The position numbers and the translations under genes are program-made. This document shows positions 12,286-27,200 of a DNA stretch of 64,000 nucleotides, piece by piece. Source of the stretch: Tubiluchus corallicola (Eukaryota > Animalia > Priapulida). The stretch covers positions 62,001 to 126,000 of the forward strand of contig JAQGDQ010000219.1 in assembly GCA_030141605.1 (NCBI GenBank). The letters run 5' to 3'. Under the pieces are notes generated by a model, which saw only the letters and a program-made list of their open reading frames with translations, was not told the DNA's origin and did no database searches. Within the stretch, counting starts at the first letter, position 1, and each line of letters opens with the position of its first letter.

Positions 12286-15200
12286 ATGGCGACTTACAGT
12301 AAGAAAGTTTATCGCTGCAGTTCGCGAATTGTGACTGAGAAACTGTCAACTTACAGTGCCTTTCATATTGATTGCTAAGCTGAATTAATATATTATGAAT
12401 ATTTATTTTTCAACTCCACAATTGATTTGTAAAGTAAAGTCTGTGGCACAATGTAGCTGTAGGTCATACATGCAGGTATCGGTAACTAAGTAAAATTTAT
12501 AAAGTATAATACTAAATAATAGACTTTAGACAGCTGAAATGTCGTTTCCTGTTCTGGCTTTAGTTTTCCTGAAATTCTTGACTTTTTACATTTATGCAAG
12601 ATGAGATACCCCACCTTTTCATCACTGTTAGTAGATCCAAAAAACATCGTTTAACGAATTAGACCTATTCGTTTTTTTGAGAATATGTGTAAGTGACTAT
12701 GTGTGTTTGCTTGTACGCATGCTGTCCAATATGGTTTGTATATTCTTCAATTAATATAAAGTATAGGTGTGAATCATGTGCATAATGTTTGTGTGTTGTA
12801 TATAATATGAATATAGGACAGCTGATGACTTACATCAATTTCACCCAAAAAGATCTTATGAACACACAGTTTGATATCAAAAATACAGAGACATTGGAAG
12901 TTACGGGTGACAGGGCAGCGTGGTCTAAAGTGATAGCAAGGGTCATGTCAGAGGACGTGTGACTCCAGAGATGATGATATATGAAGTCAATTATATTTGT
13001 GCATGATTATGTAAATTTATATAATGTAAGTGCAAGCATCATTACATAGTACGATACATAGTGTCTATTTTATGAGTAATATAATTCAGAGTACCCAGTC
13101 AGTGTTCATGTGATACTAACAAATAGGCACGTACTCCTTATATGTATTTTAGGCTGTTTTACTAATTCTTGTAAACTAAGAAATTTTCCAGTATGTTTAT
13201 TATGTGTAAGGTCTAATCATTATATCACTTCATTGCAAATTTGTTCATCTTCATAATAATGCACTAAATATTGGGGTAGCTGACTCGAAAACTTATGTTC
13301 ATTCCCCTTCACTTATGTATATATATATATAGCAACTAAAAATTAATTGTAACGTTATACTTACATTTTGAGGTAATTCACTACAATTACACCGTACTAA
13401 TATTTTTTACTAATGGGTGAAATTATTATTCTAATTCTAATTATGAGTGATTCACTCAGATGTTGTACCAGCATTATTAGTTCAAATTTGTGAATCTAAT
13501 AAATAATTAATAAAAAATGAAGTATTAGCAAGAGAGCAACCAGAGTACAAATATATTTATTTGTATGTTTTTTTCAGATCTACTACATTGATTAAATATA
13601 CAAATTAATGCTTTTACAAAATGTCAATTGCAATATGACAATATCAGTATTATGTGCATTTTTATGTACTTGTAGGAAATCATTTCTCAGATTATTGTAA
13701 AATTGAATAAAAAGAAAGACAGAAAAATAATTGGAATCATAGTTTTAATGCAGTTTAGCTTGTAGTTCTGAATAGTACCTAGTTCCCACTAATGAACTTC
13801 TATTGTATACAGACTGTATTTTAGGTAACTAGTATTATGTATTGGATAGGTGCGGCATTCCTGTCGGAAAAAGTCTCTTCTACTTCAGCAACATATCTGT
13901 CTTGGGAAGGGATCCAAGCAGTACTTTTCAAATCTTCTCCCACAAGTAACTTTTTGTTTGACTTAACATAGTTTGCTGTTTTTATTAATGTACGTGCAAA
14001 AACATATAACTTTAGCCGAAATTATAAGATTTTAGAAGTTTGTGGTCGAGTTATGACATTTTAATTGTGGTCTTTCAGATTTTCACATTCATTTTGCTAA
14101 CATTATTTTGTTGGTTGGTGTCATTATTATTCAGTGATGAAAATATGTTAGCACTTAAGATAATCTTAACAATTTTTTGCTTTTACAAACAGGTTAGTTA
14201 TTTCTGCAAAAGCTTTGAAAGTGGTTGCCATAGGAAACGACACAGAAAATCGTTGCCTTATTTACCCTGTGTATTTCCACAGGTAATATAAGATGATGAA
14301 CATCTCCAAGTTTGTTTTTTGTTGCTGACCATGATACTAATGTAAGGTTTCAATGAGATCTCATAGACAAGAATTATGTACATGTGTTACAGAGCTGAAC
14401 AAACAGGACACAATTAAAAAAGCATATTTTGAAAGAAAAATGAATCAAGTCAAACAAAGTCAGCAAAGCCACAAAAATTCATGAATGTATAATGTAAAAA
14501 CATTTGTTTTTTAACACTTTAAAAATTGTTGTATCTGTTTTACTACATATCTTTTGTTTTTCTTAATTGTGCCACTCCATAAGACTTTTCAAAAGTGGCT
14601 TTTTCATTTTTTTCCAGCTGCGTATATGCGAACCAATCACAAAAATGCATCTAGTATATCACAGTGGTCAACACTGACAGACTGTTAAATACGTTGACAG
14701 ACATTTAAGTTGTTTGTATAAAATAAACTTATCTAAACAATGATACAGATTGCTTAAATTGATTTTCTTACAAAATTTTTAACCATTCATTTGTAATTTT
14801 CACAGTTTACAAAACATGATTTAGCCGACACATTTCTAAAATTAATAATAATAAATAATGTATGATACAATAATGCAATAATAAATCTTGTAAATTTTTT
14901 TCCAGCACTCAGCCTTCAAACATGTGCACAGAACTTGCTACCATCCAGGAGCTTCCAATCTTGCACAAGTTCAAGGCTTGCAACAATCAGACAAGAACAA
15001 GGAAGTTAGTGGCTGGATTATAGTTAGTAATATGGTTAATTATGTTTGGCCCAAGGAAGAGCCCTGGATTCGAACTCGTGTAATTGCAGCTTTGGGACTA
15101 CTAGCGTCAGCAAAGGTAATACGTGATTACATGCTAGCACATCATTTTACAGTGTTTCTTTTAATTTTTTTAATAAACTCTTTATCCTAGTTGGTATAAT

Positions 15201-18200
15201 TCTACACCTGATGTCTTGAAATTAACAAATGTATCATTTCGTATGACTATGAACCTAGACAGTAATCTTCACCTTTGGCAGCATTCAGCCTGCAATTATA
15301 AGAAATTCCATCTTTACTTCTCCATCTAAAGCCTGCCCCTGAATATCCAAATACTTGTAAACACATGTATATTATTATTATATCTTTTAAAGATCTCAAA
15401 TAATATACTTTCTAGAAGTTTGCAAGGTGGGACCTAAGGCTCCTGATGTGTGTAAGGCTCGAGGCCCCACTTACTGTTATGTATATGTCTCTTGGGGCTA
15501 GCTTAAGGCCCCTAAATAATAATTTGTAATGTATTTATCGATGGAACTGAAGCCCAATTTTATTTTTTCATGTAAGGCAGATGTCACTCGGGGGGGGGGG
15601 GGGCCTAGACCCCTGAATGATAATAATAGCTAATATCTGTAAGATAGGTGCTGAGATGTTATCCAATGCCAATACTTATGGCATGTACTTGGGGCTTGAA
15701 ATTCTATATAATAGCATGTACATATCTGTTGAGCCTGGGCCCCTAATAATTATAGTTAATGTTTATAAGTCTGTAAGGTGGGGTCTGAGCCTTCATTTTT
15801 AATTCTCCATCAATTGCAAGGGCTTTCTATGTAAGGCCAAGGCTCGGGGCTCCATGTACTGGCATGCATATATTTCTGAGGGGGCTTAATGCCCTTGATG
15901 TTTATAAGTCTGTAAGATGTAGCCTGAAGCTTCATCTTTATTATCCCATCTAGTGCCATGGCCTGTGGCTTCACATACGGCCTCTGAATAATATTATTTC
16001 ATAGATTAAACTTATTATGATGTTATAAATTATTATTTTTGTCAGGAAAAACCTGTGAACCAATAAGGTTGTAAATGGTGAACTTGTATTCATGCACAAC
16101 AAAGTGGTTCTGGTTGGGGCCAGTGGCTCTGGTTCGGTGTAATAAACTGCCTCCTGCTTATTCATCTTATCTAAAATTGCCTTTACTGCAGGGTACATGT
16201 CAACACACAACTTTAACTATGTTAATGGGTTATTTTAGCAGCAAAAATGACTGCATGTTATTCATATTGTTTAAACACTGTTTTTTGACAGCTGATGAAT
16301 GTCTACGTACCTTTTCTATTTAAATATGCTATCGACGAACTGAATGATATCACTAATAATGCTGTGAACCTTGCTACATCGACACCACTGTTGGCTGGTG
16401 CTACTGTCGTCACATCGGTGCTGCTTGGCTGTAAGTAAAAGCTGTTGTCACATTAGATTTCAAAGTTGTACTTGAATCTTAGAATGAATAAGCCAGGCGC
16501 CTTTTTCTAGATACTAAAAATACTGCACTGCCTAATAAAGTCTGATTTGCAAGATATACATTTATTTAGTCAGAAGAGTAGCTTTTTTAGCCATTTGAGG
16601 TAAAAGTAGTATGAGGAAGTTGTTTAAGAGGGACAACCTAAGTGACTTCTTAGTTGCTTAAATGATTTCATTGCAGATGAAGATAAGCTAATTTTATGTT
16701 TTGTACGAGTCTTTTCTTTCCAAGAAGCTAGTTTGACAAAGCTGCTTTCCAAGGAGCCGGTGTTACAATTTAGGGATTGTCTCTTTGTAATTAGCAGCAT
16801 CTTTGTGCATTATAGAAATTGATTCACTAAATCAGAAATATGTATAATGAAGGCGTGGCTGTCCCAAATACTTTTCTATTTCTTGATTAAATTTAAAAGT
16901 AATGGGTAAATGATTTTTTAAGGTTATTCTTCTGACTTAGTAACGTTACAGATTAATTATTTGTATTTACAATAGATGGCATTGCGAGAGCTGGAGCTGC
17001 TGGACTAAATGAGTTACGGAATGCTTTGTTTGCTAAAGTTGCACAGAATTCTATTCGACGAGTTGCAAAGAAGGTGTTTCTGCATTTGCACAGTCTTGAT
17101 TTAAGCTTTCATTTGAGTCGCCAGACTGGTGCACTTTCGAAAGCTATTGATAGAGGAACTAGGTTTGTGCTAATAAATCATAATATCAGATTTTGTTTTG
17201 AATCACAATGAATTAAACATATTTTGACTATAATTAATTTTGAATGAGAGCAAGAAACTTATAGCCATTGAAAATGGCAGGTGACTGAGTTATAATTACA
17301 TAATCGGCTTACTGTGTGAGAGTAATTTACAGAAAAAAGTTAGTTTTTACTGCTATTTATAAATAAGATAAACTAGTATTGGTTTATAGTCACTGCCTGA
17401 GTTACTAATAAATTCAAATTTTTCAATGATAAACTGAAAAAAAGATTTTAAATTTCAGCGAGCAAAGAAATGCAGACAATGCGACAGTTTGCTTTTTCAT
17501 GAAATAATTGTTCTTTAATTTTTCTCTTGCACAAACTGTAAAATTATGGCAAATTCTTGATGCAAATTCTATTGTATTTTGCTCCCATAATTGTTAAGCC
17601 ATGTTACCTTGATTTATGAAATTAATTTTATTTTTGTGTTTTTAACTTTTAGGGGTATTAGCTTGGTACTGAGTGCTCTAGTATTTAATGTTATTCCAAC
17701 GATTTTTGAAGTTAGTCTAGTTTGTATGATATTGGTAAGTAGTTTGTTTATACTTTAAAATTTTGCAGGAAAAGTATGAGTAGTACATTGTATTACACTA
17801 AATCAAGTTTTGATATATGACATAGTTATGTGTAGTCTATTTTAGTAAAATGGTGTAACTTGTTAATTGTTTGCGAAAGTAGGCATTCCATAAACACTGA
17901 AAATCTAACAAAAAATATTGCCTTGAATGAACGTTAGTGCAACGGAAGCCAAGGATGTTACCAAAACTGAATTTACAAACTGAAACTGAAATTTATGAAA
18001 CGTAGGAAACTGATACCGAAATGAAATCAAACCGAAACGTTTTTGCAAAACCAACTGGTATTAAAAATGAAAAAAAGAAAATTCTGAAATAAGTAAGATA
18101 TTTTGATTTTTGTTTGTTTGCTTTTTTTTGCTGTGAGGGGGGAAATTATGGATAAAATTTCTAATACAAAAAGGACAAGGATGTTTTTATAGCATAGAAC

Positions 18201-21200
18201 TTCGAGTTTAATAAAGTGGCTTACCTTAGAAAATGCATTACATCGTTTTTGGGTTTAAGTATCCTTAATGATAAATGTTTAAAGATCATAATGCTTCATT
18301 AAAAATAAACAGATTTGATTTTGTAGGTATTTTATTGCCTATATTTCATAAATCGTAAAATTAAACATGATTTTTCTCAAGTAAATTCAAACATGGTTTG
18401 ATATTTCGGTTGATTGGGCCTGGAGACCCTAAAACTTTACATTCATCAATACTGAAGATATGCTGCATTGCCGCTGCAAAGCACATTATAAATTCTTATG
18501 TAAATGAAATTTTCTCTTTATTTGAAATAATTTAGCCAAGATTTTTCAGCAGTTTTTGACATCTAGGAGAAAAGGTAAATTGCATAAATACTATTAAAAC
18601 CTCAGAAAAATACTACCAAAAATTATTCGAAATTTAATAGATTTCGCCATAACTGAAAGTGCAATTATCAGCAAACCGAAACAAAATTTCATTATGGTGA
18701 AATCCCTGACGGAAGCACTAGTGACAGCTACTGAACATCAGCAGAGAGTTTAAGCATTTTCTATGTAACATAGCTGAAATTTAAAAGTGAACAACTGATT
18801 CTTTTTGAAAGATGCAGCATCCTTTTTTCTTGGTTTCAGGCTTACAGGTTTGGTTCTGAATTTGCCTTTCTTACTCTAGGATGTGTTGGTCTTTACTCCA
18901 TTTTTACTTTAGGAATCACACAATGGAGGTACTTGTCAATTTTTGTTTTGTCATCTTACTGTTTTTCCTTATTTAACACTTTTGCATTGTAATATTTTCT
19001 AATTATTTTTCACACTTTTCTATTTTTCTTCACTTTTCAGAACAAAATTTCGAGTTCAAATGAACAAAGCAGATAATGAAGCAGGTTCTCAGGCCATTGA
19101 TTCACTAATCAATTATGAAACAGTGAAGGTAAAATGTTTCTACAGAAATGCTGTCCTTTGGCTTCGTTCAACAACTATGTGGCTAAAAATAAGTCAAATG
19201 TGTTGCTAAAATTGTTGAAGTCTATATGTTTTTCATGAATTAATTTATAAAACCTTGTAAATTTTGAAGTTTTGAAGTTAATTGTAAAAATAGTGTAAAC
19301 CATAAGTCATATTACCAATTTTGTAATCAAAAAATTAAAATTCCTTTCAATGGACACTTGTTACTAAAATGAAAGAAGTGAAAAGCTGTGTGTAATGCTT
19401 TATTTGTGAGTAATATAAATTTTAGTATGAACAGCCATGGACGGGTAATACTGAATTATTGCACAGGTCTAAACTTCTACCACTGTTTTATAAGTTATAT
19501 AATCCTGTGCTCTGCCATTAAATGTTCGGACTGCTTGTGAGCGTGTTCTAAGTACTTAAAATGATAAAGCAAATACGTGGAAAATATATTGCTTTATGTA
19601 AAGATACCGACCTGAAGTCACAGATTCTCAGTATGTCTGTGTCTTTCATGCTTTTTTAGGCCAGCACTTGACAGAATCTTTATTTTAATAGTTAAATCAG
19701 TGCTGTTTCATTAAGCTGTTACTGAATCTTATAATTAGTTTGTTGTAATCTGAATTGCTAAAAGTTTAATTAATAACAGAGCTGTAGTAGGGCACATCTA
19801 GTATACTGACAGGCAGAACAGCTTCTAATCTTATTTTACTATTAGTATTTCAGCAATGAGAAATACGAGGCGGAGCAGTATGATAAATTGTTAGCAAAGT
19901 ACGAGACTGCATCACTAAAGACTACAACTAGTCTAGCTTTGTTGAACTGGGGGCAGAATACTATATTTAGTGCTTCTTTGGCAGCAATAATGGTATTGGC
20001 AAGCCAAGGGATAATTGCCGGTATGATAGCAGTTTTGCAAATCTATTGTAATAGATGAAGTAGTATATGGTTTAATATATATATATATTTACTATTAATA
20101 TCAATACCAAAATCCCTTTGTTGCAAATTTGTTTAGCATGTTACCACATAATTTTTTTAGCTTGCAAAATGGAACAAAACAACCTCGACATGCTCAAATA
20201 TAACATTTTGTATTTTGTGTGCATTCACAGAAAAAGTATCTTTAGTTATATGTTTTTAGATCTTCCCAAGAGACTATTTGGGCAGTTAATTAAAGTTAAT
20301 TTGTCACTGACAGTATTACGTGGAATGCTGCTTTAAAATTGTAAGAAAAGGGCAATTGTATGAGACTTCTATATCAGTTTAGTAGCTGCAGTCATGTTGT
20401 ACACTTTCAGTACGATCATTGTTTTATTGTAAAAAGGAAAACGGCTCCAACATGCTTGGCAGTTTATCGCCTTGCACGCTTTACTGATTTCCTTGCACTT
20501 ATTTTCTAGGCACAATGACTGTTGGAGACCTTGTGATGGTTAATGGTCTTCTGTTTCAGTTATCTATACCACTGAATTTTCTGGGTTCAGTCTACAGAGA
20601 ACTGCGCCAAGCCTTGATAGATATGCAGACTATGTTCAACTTAATGTCAATAGATGCACTGATAAAGGTGAGTTATTAATTCCAGTGCACTGTGATACAC
20701 ATTGGTTTGCTTCCCCAGAACTTAAGTTGCTGTTGTCTGGACGTATTTGTTATGTGATAATGTTGGTCTTCATATTACTGGCCTATTTTTATTAGTAAGA
20801 TAAATATTATAATGTTAATTATTGCACTTTTGTGCTAATTGTGTTTTGCAATATTATGTGATTGTAATGTGTCTGGAAATTTGGACATTTTTTCCAATTT
20901 TTTGTCAATGATTATAACTGATTAAAAATCTTGTTTTCACAACTATTAAAAATTCATGTTCATGATGTTTCACCCACATTCTTTAGCCATTTCCAAGCGA
21001 TTTTTGGAATGTTAAAATTCAATCATTAATTTTATGACCGAAACATTGTAGAACTAATATTTACTGGTTTAATTAATTGGAAGACTCTGGCTAATCTAAA
21101 TGTTTCTATCTTAATTTACTATTGCTTAAAATATCTAAAATAAAAAAATTATTACCCACAGGATGCTGCAGGTACATCTGCCCTGTTAGTTACTCCTTCA

Positions 21201-24200
21201 ACAGCCAGCATAAGTTTTGAAGATGTTGTATTTGAGTATGTTCCTGGAAAGAAGATATTAAATGGAGTGAGCTTTGATGTGTCACCTGGCAAGAAAGTTG
21301 CTTTGGTTGGTGGCAGCGGATCAGGGTAACTAATTGTAGTGCAGTTGTAGATTTATTAAAAATGCTTCAGAGCTTGACGGCTTTAGAATTTGGACACCAA
21401 TATAGACAGAGTTTTGATGTTTTTAAAAATCTTAAATACTTCCCCAACCTCTTGATTTTAGACTTTTAAGGCATTTCATTACTTTTATAGAAATGGGAAA
21501 AGCTTAGCCACGTGGGAGCTTCAGAACAGTACTTTGTTTTAAAGCTTTGGTTTCATTCCGATTTATTTATGCTTCGGTTGTTAAGAACTTTTCTGGCTTT
21601 GGTAAACCACACAGAAAATATGGTTTTGAAACTACTTTAATAATAAGCCAGATATTGTATCGTATTTTTGGCTATTAATTTTTTTAAAGTAACTGTTCTG
21701 TGGTATGGATGCCACTATATTTAATGTAATTTAGAAATTTCTGTATTGTCGTGCGCCATATAATAAATACCAAACAGTCTACTTACTAAAACCTGCCTGT
21801 CACTTTTTAGCTCCACATAATACTACCAGTCTTTAGTAAAATTTACGTTTTATTGGGCTGAGCTACTTAATACCTTGAGATATGAGTCTACCGCTGTAAT
21901 GATTCATATTGCATATTCTGTTTCTTGCTTTTACAGAGCTCATTTTAATCAGATTTTTTTGCCTATTATTGGTGTTGATTCTTACCGAACTTAAAAAGTA
22001 CTAGTATTTCAGCAGTGTTTGTTTTAACTGACACTAATGTTTCTACAGTAACTATATAAAGTGCTTTCAGAAAAGAGCTTCAATACTTTGTTTATTGCCT
22101 GTAGCTGTAATGCAATAGTAAAAACATTTAGTGAACAAGAACTGATGATAGGTGCAATAACACACATTTCAAGGTTCTATTAATATTATTAACAGTTGTT
22201 TACTTTGCAGGAAGTCTACTGTAGTTCGTCTGCTGTACAGGTTTTTTGAACCTCAACAAGGTAGCATTAAAATTGCTGGTCAAAACATAAACAAAGTTAC
22301 TCTTGATAGCCTGCGACAAGCTGTTGGCGTTGTCCCACAGGTCAGTTCTTTCACAGCATTATTTATGCAGCATTGTATGTTTGTGATGTCTAACTGTAAA
22401 TATATAAGAAGAAATCAACTTAATTTAAAATAAGTGAGTGAAAGAGTGCAAAATTTCAAAAATGTAACAATATAATTGTTTTAGGACTCTGTGTTGTTCC
22501 ACAACACGATTTTCTACAACCTTCAGTATGGCAAAGTCGGCTCATCAGCAGATGAGGTGTTTGAAGCTGCCAAAATGGCTGATTTACATACGTCAATTCT
22601 GAAAATGCCAAATATGTATGATACACAGGTTGGAGAAAGAGGACTCAAACTGTCTGGTATAAAAATACAAATGATTTACAATAAGAATTCTAATATTGAT
22701 GAATGCCATTATTGACTATCCTCGGTGTTAGTAAGATTTTAAAGAGGTATTCTTAAACTTGATTTTATTAAATTTTGTTGATTTGGCTTTCACTACACAG
22801 GCTGCCTGATATAGATTCGTAAACTCTGAGAAATGAGCACAATTATTTCTTATAAATGATATTATCATCTAAGCTGCTAGTGTTTATGCATTTAAATTGG
22901 TTGCAAATTGGAAATGTTCTCATATTTGCTTGGTCACTTGCATGGTAAATTTTTCATTAAGATGCACAATTTTTATAATCATAATGTCTGAATACAAAAA
23001 CCCGTATTACCAACTTAATGAATTATGGAACCATGAAAACCTACAACACTAAATCCTTAGAACCATTTAAACATTTTCTGAAACTACTTTTATGGATATT
23101 TTAGATTTAAGAATAATCTTGTTGTTGGTCTTGTTAAGTAGGAAATACTACACTCACCTCAAAATGCTTTAAAGTCATGTAATAATTCTATAGTAGAAAG
23201 CCATGGGCAAAGCAGTTAGGCCTATATTTTGACATCAGTGCTGCATTTGTCTTCAACCTAAAATTTTTGAGCTGTTAACTCAGTATCAAGTCAACACTAT
23301 AAAGCTAAACAAAAATGTACACTGCTTAGAAAAGTGTATCAAGATAAAATATCACAATTAATACAGGAATAGAAGACAAGAAAAAATACTCATAGGATGG
23401 TAAATTACTTAACATTTTTTTACATTTGCATTTTAAGAACTACGTTTGTAGAAAAACACATTTGTAAAAATTGCAATAATGTAAATAAGAAAGGTGGTGC
23501 ATAATAATGACATCAGCAATCATGAGATAGCAAATCTAAACAATGGAAGAGAGAAAGTCAATAGCATGTCTTACCACATACACGAGTTAGACAGATTGAA
23601 ATTTTGGGTAATGCACCGCATGAATGCATTAGTTATGAGCATAAATATTTGGGAATTTCAAGGATCATTAAATTTGTAGGCTATGTTTCCAGTGTCAGGC
23701 TCAGAGAATATGCATGTAACATTATGACGAGAGATATCTTATACAAAAAGAGAGAAAGATGAGGGGGAAAGAGGAAATTCTAATGCAGTTTGCAAAACAT
23801 TGGCATTGTGAATGATAATAAAAAATTTCATAGCCGTGATTGCAAAATAGATATAGGACTAAATGTATTTTATGTGGTAAGGAAGTTTTCTCAGAATTTT
23901 CCAAATTTACTTTTTAGGAGGTGAAAAGCAGAGAGTAGCAATTGCGAGAACAATGTTGAAAGATCCGCCAATTATTATATATGATGAGGCAACATCTTCA
24001 CTTGATTCTATAACAGAGAAGGTGAAATATATTGAAAAACTTGCTTTGTTTATAATTTTCAAATTTGCTTGCCTAAGCAAAAGCCAACGTACTCTTGAAG
24101 ATTTATTCTTGCTAAAGGTGTAGAAAGAAAAGAGTACATTTACACACCAGAAAGTAATTAACCAACTGAGTAGAGAATGGTCATCACTGTTCACTGCACC

Positions 24201-27200
24201 TTTGATATGAAGTAGCTACGAGCTTACATTATTGAGCTTACACTTTTGAGCCTTACATTACTGTAACTTGCAGAAGAAAGAGAAGCACTCAGATCACATG
24301 AGACACCAATGAGAGGTCTACATGCAATAAAAATGTTTAATAGTGCAACCTAAATAAGTGCTAGCTAGTTAGTCAAAAAGTGATTTTGTAAGGTACTACC
24401 ATTTTTTTATCAAGCTGGCACACTGAGCATGCTCATTTGACTCTAGTAGCTTATATAAAACCATATGTAAATTAAAGGTGAAACAAACTGAATCTTTCAT
24501 TCTATTCACAAACCAAATTTTAAGCCTGTAATGCGAAATAATGGACATTAAATTTGTTGCCAGTAAAAAGTAGTAAAAGGTGTAAATTTTGAAACATGTT
24601 TTGTGCAGTGTTGCCTTTTGTCATATACACTCAAGCAGCTATAATCAAACTTTTTGGATGGTACATACCAAGGATTTATGTTGGTTTTAATTTATTGTTA
24701 GTTTTTAAGATGAGAATAACTGCCAGTACTTACTCAAACAAAGACAACCCTATTTTTTTTAATACAATCATCTAGTCATGTAGTACATCCACAAATGATA
24801 AAAAACAAAGTTATGTTATGCCAACACAATTCATTCTCTCTCTAATGCCTTTGCACCAAAGTGCCAGTCATCAACTTGCGGCACTGACCAACTGGTCATA
24901 AGGCAATTTGGACATAAGTCGGATGTGTATATAAAAATGTATATCTACCTTAAAAGTCAAGTACAACTTACTTTATGAAATTTCACGAGCAAAACCGAAC
25001 AAGATATTTTGGGGGAAAATGCTTCAAGGATTAGGAAGTTACGGTTAGATCTTTTAATTAAAAAAAACTTGTTTTTATGTTAAATTTGTTCTTTCAGTAA
25101 TATTGCTTGTTTTGTACTGTCTTTATATACAAGTGGTCATGGTCGTAATGTCGAGTAGTCATAAGTAGCATATGACCTAAATTGAAGACTGACTATATTA
25201 AGTTGGTTACGTGACATTTGGGCACAGGACATTTGGGCACGGGTCATTTGGGCAAGGGGACACTTGGGCATGAGACATTTGGGCACCAGCAAAATTTGAT
25301 ATTGTACCTATTTTTCATTTTTGTTTGTTAAATTTTTACTAATTCACTATTTTCCTAACAGTCATAATGTTTAATAACACAATTAAATACCGGTTAATTT
25401 CCTTTTTGCACTTTCTCCACCTTCAGCATTACCCTATGTGTAGTCTTTAAAATGAACAAAGCATGTCAGTTACATGAACAGTGAGATTTACTTGTTTGTT
25501 ACTAGCAATGCCTATTAAAGTTCGCAGAGAGAAAAAGCCAGCCAACATTTCCAGATTGTTCAAAGTGAACTGATGATAACCTAATAACATGTAACTATTC
25601 ATCGAGCGCTTGGTACACTTTAAGTTACGTTGCTTTTACTAGCTGCCTATTCGAAAGAAAGTAAGTCAATTAATGTGGAAAAATATTAAATTATCACTTT
25701 CAAGATTAAGCTTCTTCACGGCATCTCTTGTGAAATGTTCAACAACAGAGTTTTTTACACATAGTGAGTGTTTCCTTTATTTCTAGTGTCAATTACACGA
25801 TCATATTCACGAAAGTAATTATTTATTTGCTTACAAAAGCTTTAATTCAATTTCAAAAATTAGCATGTAATTAAATAAGCAAAAAAGTTTCACTTAATAA
25901 GCCAACTATAGGCATAACATTTTGCAGCGCAACACTGAAATTACTTTCTCATTCAAGCGTAGCGTGCAGCGGTTCTGGCGCCCAAATGTCTCGCACCCAA
26001 GTGGGCTGGTGCCCAAATGTCTGGCATCCAAACGGCCACCCAATTTTCCTGCACACAAGTGGTCATGCTTGAAATATTAATATGCACATTAGCTGTTGAC
26101 TTTCTATGGACTACGCAAGAAAACGAAATGTTGCATAAGAAATGTTTTAAGTTCACACGTGCTACTTGCTGGCAATTTTGATACACACTCTGTTTCAGTT
26201 TGCAAGTAAACTACAAAATATCAGATTATCAGTTGTGATTGACTTGTAGATCATCTATGTAAATCACGTACGGTCTGAACCTATGAGATTAGGTAGATGT
26301 GAGTGCCTAAGCACTTTGGAATAAATGTGAATGCTTTACTCAACTTCACTTTTAAAGAATCTGACTTGTAGGGCCCTTTTAACCTCCACTAAATCAATAG
26401 ATGCACTCACTCATCTTACTTTTCATAAGTTCAAAAAGTTTATTTTTTAAATTTTACTGTGAATAATTTTTGTTTGTCAACATTTTTACTTACTGATAAC
26501 ACTATTTTACCCATTGCAATGCTGTTTGATTATACCCAATTATATTGTTTCTGTTAAAAGAATATTGTCACTTGTCAGCAATTGCATCCTTGCTGTGAAA
26601 CACAGTTTCTGTTTAGCAAATGAAGTTCTTATAGTTTTAAGGGAACAGAAATGTGGAAAATATAAGATTGTCTGTGGATTTGGCAAATTATGTAAAAAAA
26701 TAATGCAGGAAACACATTAATTTTGCTTACAGAATGGTACAATTAATTTTGAAATCTTTGAACTATAACTAACATTCTCGACTGATTCACTTTACAGAAA
26801 ATACTTGATTCTTTGCGCAAGGTTACACGCAACAGGACTTCAATTGTAATTGCTCATAGATTATCAACTGTAGTGGATGCAGATGAAATACTTGTGCTAA
26901 AGGATGGTAAAGTTGCTGAAAGAGGTGACCATTTTGGTCTCATGGCTAAGAAAGGTTAGAAGTTTTTTGAGTAGCAGATATAAAGATTGTCTGTTTTTGC
27001 ATAAACGATGTCACTTGAAAGAAAAAACAATTTTGTTTGAAAAGTGGGTTAATGCAAATTCGAACATGTAAGAAATCTGCAGCAAATTGGTTACAGTAAA
27101 ATAATTTTTTATTCCTTGTAATCATTTAAGAAAGGATTAGTCAATTGGCATGTAACTAGTTACACTGTAGGCACCCAATCTTTTGGATTAGGTAAAACAG

